Assembly (NCBI GenBank): GCA_951804945.1
Contig: OX638153.1
Span: 29,574,001-29,638,000 of the forward strand
Direction: 5' to 3'
Length of the DNA: 64,000 nucleotides
Origin: Podarcis cretensis
Lineage: Eukaryota
Made by a program: the position numbers and the translations under genes. The stretch's first letter is position 1; every line of letters starts with the position of its first letter. The notes below the pieces were generated by a model. It worked only from the letters and a program-made list of their open reading frames with translations, ran no database searches and was not told where the DNA came from. Shown piece after piece: positions 58,952 to 64,000 of this stretch.

Positions 58952-59459
58952 GTTAGTGGTGGTTCCCCATATGTGGAATACCCTTCCCCAGTTAGGTATG
59001 CCTGTCTTCTTCATTATTAAAATGCAAGAGGAAGTGAAAAACATTCCTGTTCACCCAGGCATTTAGTGGCTGAAAGAAACAGTTCTTGGCAACCCTGAAA
59101 TCATTAGATATGAGGCTATTTGACTGGTTTTAACTTTTTTTGATCTACTAATTGTTTTTAAATGTTTTGAAACACATCTTTCAATTTTCATTATATTGTT
59201 TTATTGCTTGGTTAATTGCTGCCTTGGGCACCTTTCAAAGAAACAGGTGTGAAATTTAATAAAGAATAAAAATAATAATTAGATTAAAATGTGCTAGAAA
59301 ATATATATCACCCTTCTTCAGAAAAAATAAAAGGGCTTATTCTACTTTCAGTGCAATGGAACAGGCACACAGCAACACAAGGTTACTCAAGCAGATCCAG
59401 AGAGTTTTTATATAGCTCTCAGCATGCTTATGCATATTTCTATCATTTATTTTCACCAC

Positions 59460-59720
59460 TGCTTTTAATCAACTTAGATCCTAGATATCTGAAAGACAGC
59501 CTCTATCCATACTCATCTTCTCAGGTGTTAAGATGTGCAGAGGGAGCTCTCTTGGTAGCTCTGCCATGCTTAGAAGTGTGAGAAGTGGCGGCTTGGGAGA
59601 TGGCTTACTCTGTGGTGGCCCCTAAATTATGGACTTCCTTCCCATAGGGGTGCATCTAGGGTCTTCACTGTACAGCTTTCACCATATGCTGAAGAAGACA
59701 CTCCTCTTTGTGCTCACCTT
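59460..59720 (+). mobile_element. L2-type LINE 3' fragment
   Basis: TATCTGAAAGACAGCCTC..TCTGTGGTGGCCCCTAAATTATGGAC (YLKD.L..SVVAPKLW), typical of the L2 ORF2 end. Confidence 0.55.
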
Positions 59721-61556
59721 TGATAGTTAAGTTCTTTTGCTGAATTTGTACTGTTCCATTTCATAGGATTCGGCATAATACGAATCGACATGAAACAATA
59801 ATGACGAGGCTAAACAACCAGATCAATATTTTTGAACACTAGATACAAGGAAGTCTTTATCATCCACTAGGATGAACACTATAATGGCAATATCAAGCCA
59901 ATTTATTCTCTCACTAATTCAGGGGCTGTGCTGTCCTGCCATGCCATTTAGTTGTATAAACATTTTTATTATTAGAAGATTAAAAAGCAAAAATTCCTGA
60001 ATTAGAAAGGGCACGGGGGGCGTAATACGACAAAGCTTTACTGTATTTCTTTCTATTTAGGTGAATAATGGCTTGTTTTAGTCATACACCCAATAACTCT
60101 GAAAAGATTTACTGTATGAACCTAGAGCTTTCCAGAAGCACCTACAGTATGAATCATTGTTGCTACATCACTTATACGAAGCACAGTAATGCACTTAATA
60201 AAGGATGAACACTAGATATCTCTAAATCGCCAGATGTCTAAAAACCAAGGGCTTATCCACATCTTTTGCCCCACTCTTTCTGCACTTTGCCCAGCAGCAA
60301 ATTGGCAGATCTCTGAGCACAGGTATTACATGCTGACAAGGCGTCACTACTGTCAGAAATCATGCTGTGGCATTCTGCACTAACTGCAGCTTCCGGATCA
60401 AGCATGAGGGAAGCCCCACATAGAGCACATTGATATGGAGGGTAAACTTACACACAAGAGCTACTTTCTGTCAACTCTGGATGAAAAACAGTGCAAAGCC
60501 AAGTTCCAAAATGGTTTTTTTAAAAAGGACCACAACTTCCGTTTTCAAACTATTGCACCTTCCAAAACACATCTCCTTTATGCCTACCTCCATTAAGCTC
60601 ACAACTTAATGTAGCAGGGAGTTAATGTACCGGTATATGTCTGCTAGAATTTCCTGATCCACATGTATAACTACTGCATCACCATAAAAGTTAAAAAATT
60701 CAAATTATTTCTAACATGAAAATTACTTGGTATGGTTAAAGGCACACACACATGATTTATATTCTAAGCCATGGATGGGGCTTACCAAACTAACCCTTCA
60801 AAGGGTGTGTAACTCTGACTTGGCAGCTGCAGTTATGAAACCACTCTGACTAGTACCAAATAAATTGCAAAACACCCACTTGCCACTCAACATACCTTAA
60901 GTATGTCTAATGGGGAGAAGGAGAAGAGAAATGCTATGATTTGCTATCTCTGTGGTTCTAGGTTAACAGGAACTGTTGCGCTAAAAGAATCATTGGATGA
61001 AGGAGCACTGTGGCTACAATATTATGCTCACTTACTTGGAAGTAAGCCTTACAGAATATGATGAGACCCACTGAGTAACCAGTTGAGCTTATATAGTTTA
61101 TCTAGGTCAACCCTTTAAGCATTGGCTGAAGGCTATGTGTTTGGACAGGTAGCATTAAAAAGTGAGCACCTTCTGGCACAGGGCTCAAGTCACGTCTCCA
61201 ACAACTTTACAGTAGCTCTTTTGTCCCCCCCCCCCCCTCCCATTTTTGGTGAAGCTGGCAGAGTTTGACATTAGTAAACATCCAGACGTAGGAGAAGCAT
61301 AGTTGCAATCCTAGATACACTTATTTGGAAGTAAGCATCATTGAGTACTACTGGACCTACTTGAATAAAAGGCTGGGGTGAATAATTTCTGTAAGGTCAG
61401 CTCTTTCGGGCCTTGACAGAGCATTGCCCTGAACAGAGGTGAAACTGGGCCCTCAGTTTCATTTCAAGCTCCTTTTCTCAAGTTTCAGCTTTCATTTCAA
61501 TACAGAAGCCCGCAGTACTTCTGTAGCAAGACTAACTAGGATTCCTAGACTAACTA

Positions 61557-61885
61557 CAGTGGTGCCTTGCAAGACAAAAATAATCCGTTCCGTGAGTCTC
61601 TTCGTCTAGCGGTTTTTTCGTCTTGCGAAGCATCCCTATTAGCGTCTTAGCGGATTAGCGCTATTAGTGGCTTAGCGGCTTAGCAGCTATTAGCGGCTTA
61701 GAGGCTATTAGCGGCTTAGAAAAAGGGGGGGAAGGGGGGAAATTCGCAAGACTCGCAAGACGTTTTCGTCTTGCGAAGCAAGCCCATAGGGAAATTCGTC
61801 TTGCGAAGCGCCTCGAAAAATGGAAAACCCTTTCGTTTAGCAGGTTTTTCATCTTGCAAGGCATTTGTCTTGCGGGGCACCACTG
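61557..61885. mobile_element. Tc1/pogo-type MITE with internal TTAGCGGC repeats
   Basis: TA-CAGTGGTGCCTTGCAAGACAAA ... TTTGTCTTGCGGGGCACCACTG-TA; repeated CGTCTTGCGAAGC motifs. Confidence 0.85.
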
Positions 61886-62399
61886 TAGATGGGTATTTTG
61901 GGAGTTTTCTGTATTATCTTATTTTGAATTACTGTACTTTTAAAGTATATTTAATTTGAATTTACTATGCAGTTCACAGCTCCGGTACCTTTGCACTAAC
62001 CGCGGCAAATAAATAAACCGTAACATTGCTATCACTTGTTTCTTACTTGTATGAGGAAAAGCGTATTGGTAGCCTTCTAACCAACTGCTCACTAAAAAGT
62101 AAAAAAGAAAAGAAAAGCTCTTGCCTTCAGATGTCCCTTCCAATGATGCAAAGGTCACTCAGTAAGCGCTGGGTACTTATTAACAAAATAAGAATATAAA
62201 TATATTTAACCGAGTACTGTATTATCTTCACTTTAGATATACCCAACTACCTGTATGTAGGCTTGGGCTATTCTAGGCTGTTTTAGTCACGAAAACACAC
62301 CATCCTGCATTTGCTCAACACAACGGTTTTTCATCTAAAAGGCCTGCGACTGGATTCAAAACATATATATAATTATTTAGCAGGGTTCGTTCCCCCCGG

Positions 62400-63140
62400 A
62401 GGTTTCGGCAGCCCTGCATGTGGAGCGCCCCACTTTTTCCTCACGCACCCCTCGGGAAGAGGGGCGAGTGGCAGCTGTCAAACCCCACCAGACCCAAAAG
62501 GCTCGTTCCTGGCGGCGCTGCCCCTCCGCCCACCGCCGCCTCTTCGTGAGTCACGAGGAGGCTGAAGAGAAGCCCCCGACCCCCCCACCCCGACCGAGGC
62601 CCCGGAGAGCCCCAACTCTCTCCCGCAGGCAGCCGGGCTCCGCTGACCCTCCCATTCCCCTCTTCCAGGCCCCGCGCTCCACCCCGAGGTCCGCGCTCTC
62701 CCGCAGGCTACCTTACCAGCCCAGAAAGCCCGCTTTCTCCTCCGCTTCTCCACCCCCGACCACAGCGTGGACCCCCTCGGGAAAACACACAGCAAGGCCG
62801 CCCTGCCCTGCCCGACTCACGGCAGCCTCCTGCGCGACAGCGTCCGCCCCCGCTTCTCTCCTCCGACGGAGGAAGCTGCCGGGCTGACTCGGCCCGACGA
62901 TTCCACCCCAGGCGGGCCCCGGAGTGCGGCAGCGCCGAAGCGGGAGAGCAGGCGGGCGGGCGGGCGCGCGCGCCGAGAAAACAGGCCCAGCAGCGCCGGC
63001 TCGCCTTGCTTGCTCTCCCTCGCAGTGCGCAAGCGCCGGGCCCGCCTGCGTCGAGCAGCCGAGGCAGGCGGGAAGCACGCTGTGGCTCTTCTCCCTGCGG
63101 ACGGAAAGGGCTTTCCCCCTCGTGTCGCTTTCGCTGAGGG
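62400..63140 (-). promoter_or_regulatory. HERC4 CpG-island promoter and non-coding first exon
   Basis: CpG island about 4.5 kb upstream of the first coding exon, which has its own splice acceptor at 57938. Minus-strand donors CTG|GTAAGG (exon end 62717) and GCC|GTGAGT (exon end 62821). Confidence 0.75.
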
Positions 63141-63163
63141 GGGAGAGATGGGGTTGCTTATTA

Positions 63164-63405
63164 CAGTGGTACCTTAGGTTACATATGCCTCAGGTTACAT
63201 ACGCTTCAGGTTACAGACTCCGCTAACCCAGAAATAGTGCTTCGGGTTAAGAACTTTGCTTCAGGATGAGAACAGAAATCGGGCTCCGGCGGCGCTGCAG
63301 CAGCAGGAGGCCCCATTAGCTAAAGTGGTGCTTCAGGTTAAGAACAGTTTCAGGTTAAGTACGGACCTCCGGAACGAATTAAGTACTTAACCTGAGGTAC
63401 CACTG
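63164..63405. mobile_element. Tc1/mariner-pogo (Tigger-like) MITE, 242 bp
   Basis: Same family and length as 24014-24255; TIRs and TA TSD intact. Confidence 0.9.
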
Positions 63406-64000
63406 TATCTCCCCCCTGTCTCGCTCGCTAGAAGCTGAGGGAAATGGTAGCAGGTCCTTTCACGTCTCCACACACTTTTAAAGTAACTCAGTGGGGCCCA
63501 CTTCACTGTGGAGTAAGTCCCCCCACCTACTAATGAGTAAATTAGGAACAGGGCCCAGCGCTATTTTTGACTGCAAGGCTGCTAGGCGAAGGATGCCGCC
63601 TTATATAAAATATTGGGGGGGGGGGGGAGGTAAGCCCAGCCCCGCATAATCGATCACAAGACTGAGTGGGTGAACACCATTTGAATGGCAATGCCCATTA
63701 ATTTGGGGGGAGGGAGGCCTCATTTTTTTTATTGGGGGGCCGAAGTGACCTCAGCCCCTAGGAGTTGCCTCCTATGGTCTTAGGGCAGTGCAGGGACTTG
63801 TCTTTTCTGCCTACTATTATGTTAATACTGTAAAAAGCCCAAATATATTTGCTGAGGGATGCCCTATAATACGGCTTAAAGGCATCGTAAAAACAATTTT
63901 GTGACAGTAATTGATTCCCACAGATTTGCATACGACTAGGAGGAATAGTTCTGAAGAATAGCGCCCATGGACTTCTTTTGTTTCTTTGTTTTCCTATGAT

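Noticed and set aside
62311-63226. Cluster of Pro/Arg/Ala-rich ORFs
   Set aside because: Explained by the HERC4 CpG island; no protein-family features.

Overview
Vertebrate genomic DNA from a squamate, most likely a lacertid lizard judging by the Sauria-SINE subfamily. It covers the DNAJC12-SIRT1-HERC4 neighbourhood known from mammals. Splicing by hand gives: the first two coding exons of DNAJC12 (minus strand, running off the left edge); a complete 9-exon SIRT1 (plus, 793 aa) with a conserved promoter and a miRNA-site-rich 3'UTR; and a complete HERC4 with 24 coding exons (minus, 1060 aa, including a 24-nt microexon). Between SIRT1 and HERC4, where human has no gene, lies an intact 4-exon paralogue of cytochrome c oxidase subunit 5B (123 aa) with its own CpG-island promoter. 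The supplied ORF track misses it entirely, and it is the main discovery candidate. Introns and intergenic DNA contain Sauria SINEs, tRNA-head/CR1-tail SINEs, CR1/L2/RTE-type LINE fragments and many Tc1/pogo- and hAT-type MITEs, two of them nested inside retroelements. They also contain a Penelope-like element with a GIY-YIG ORF, inverted terminal repeats and an intact minimal hammerhead ribozyme. Comparisons to human sequences are from memory, not from a database search.
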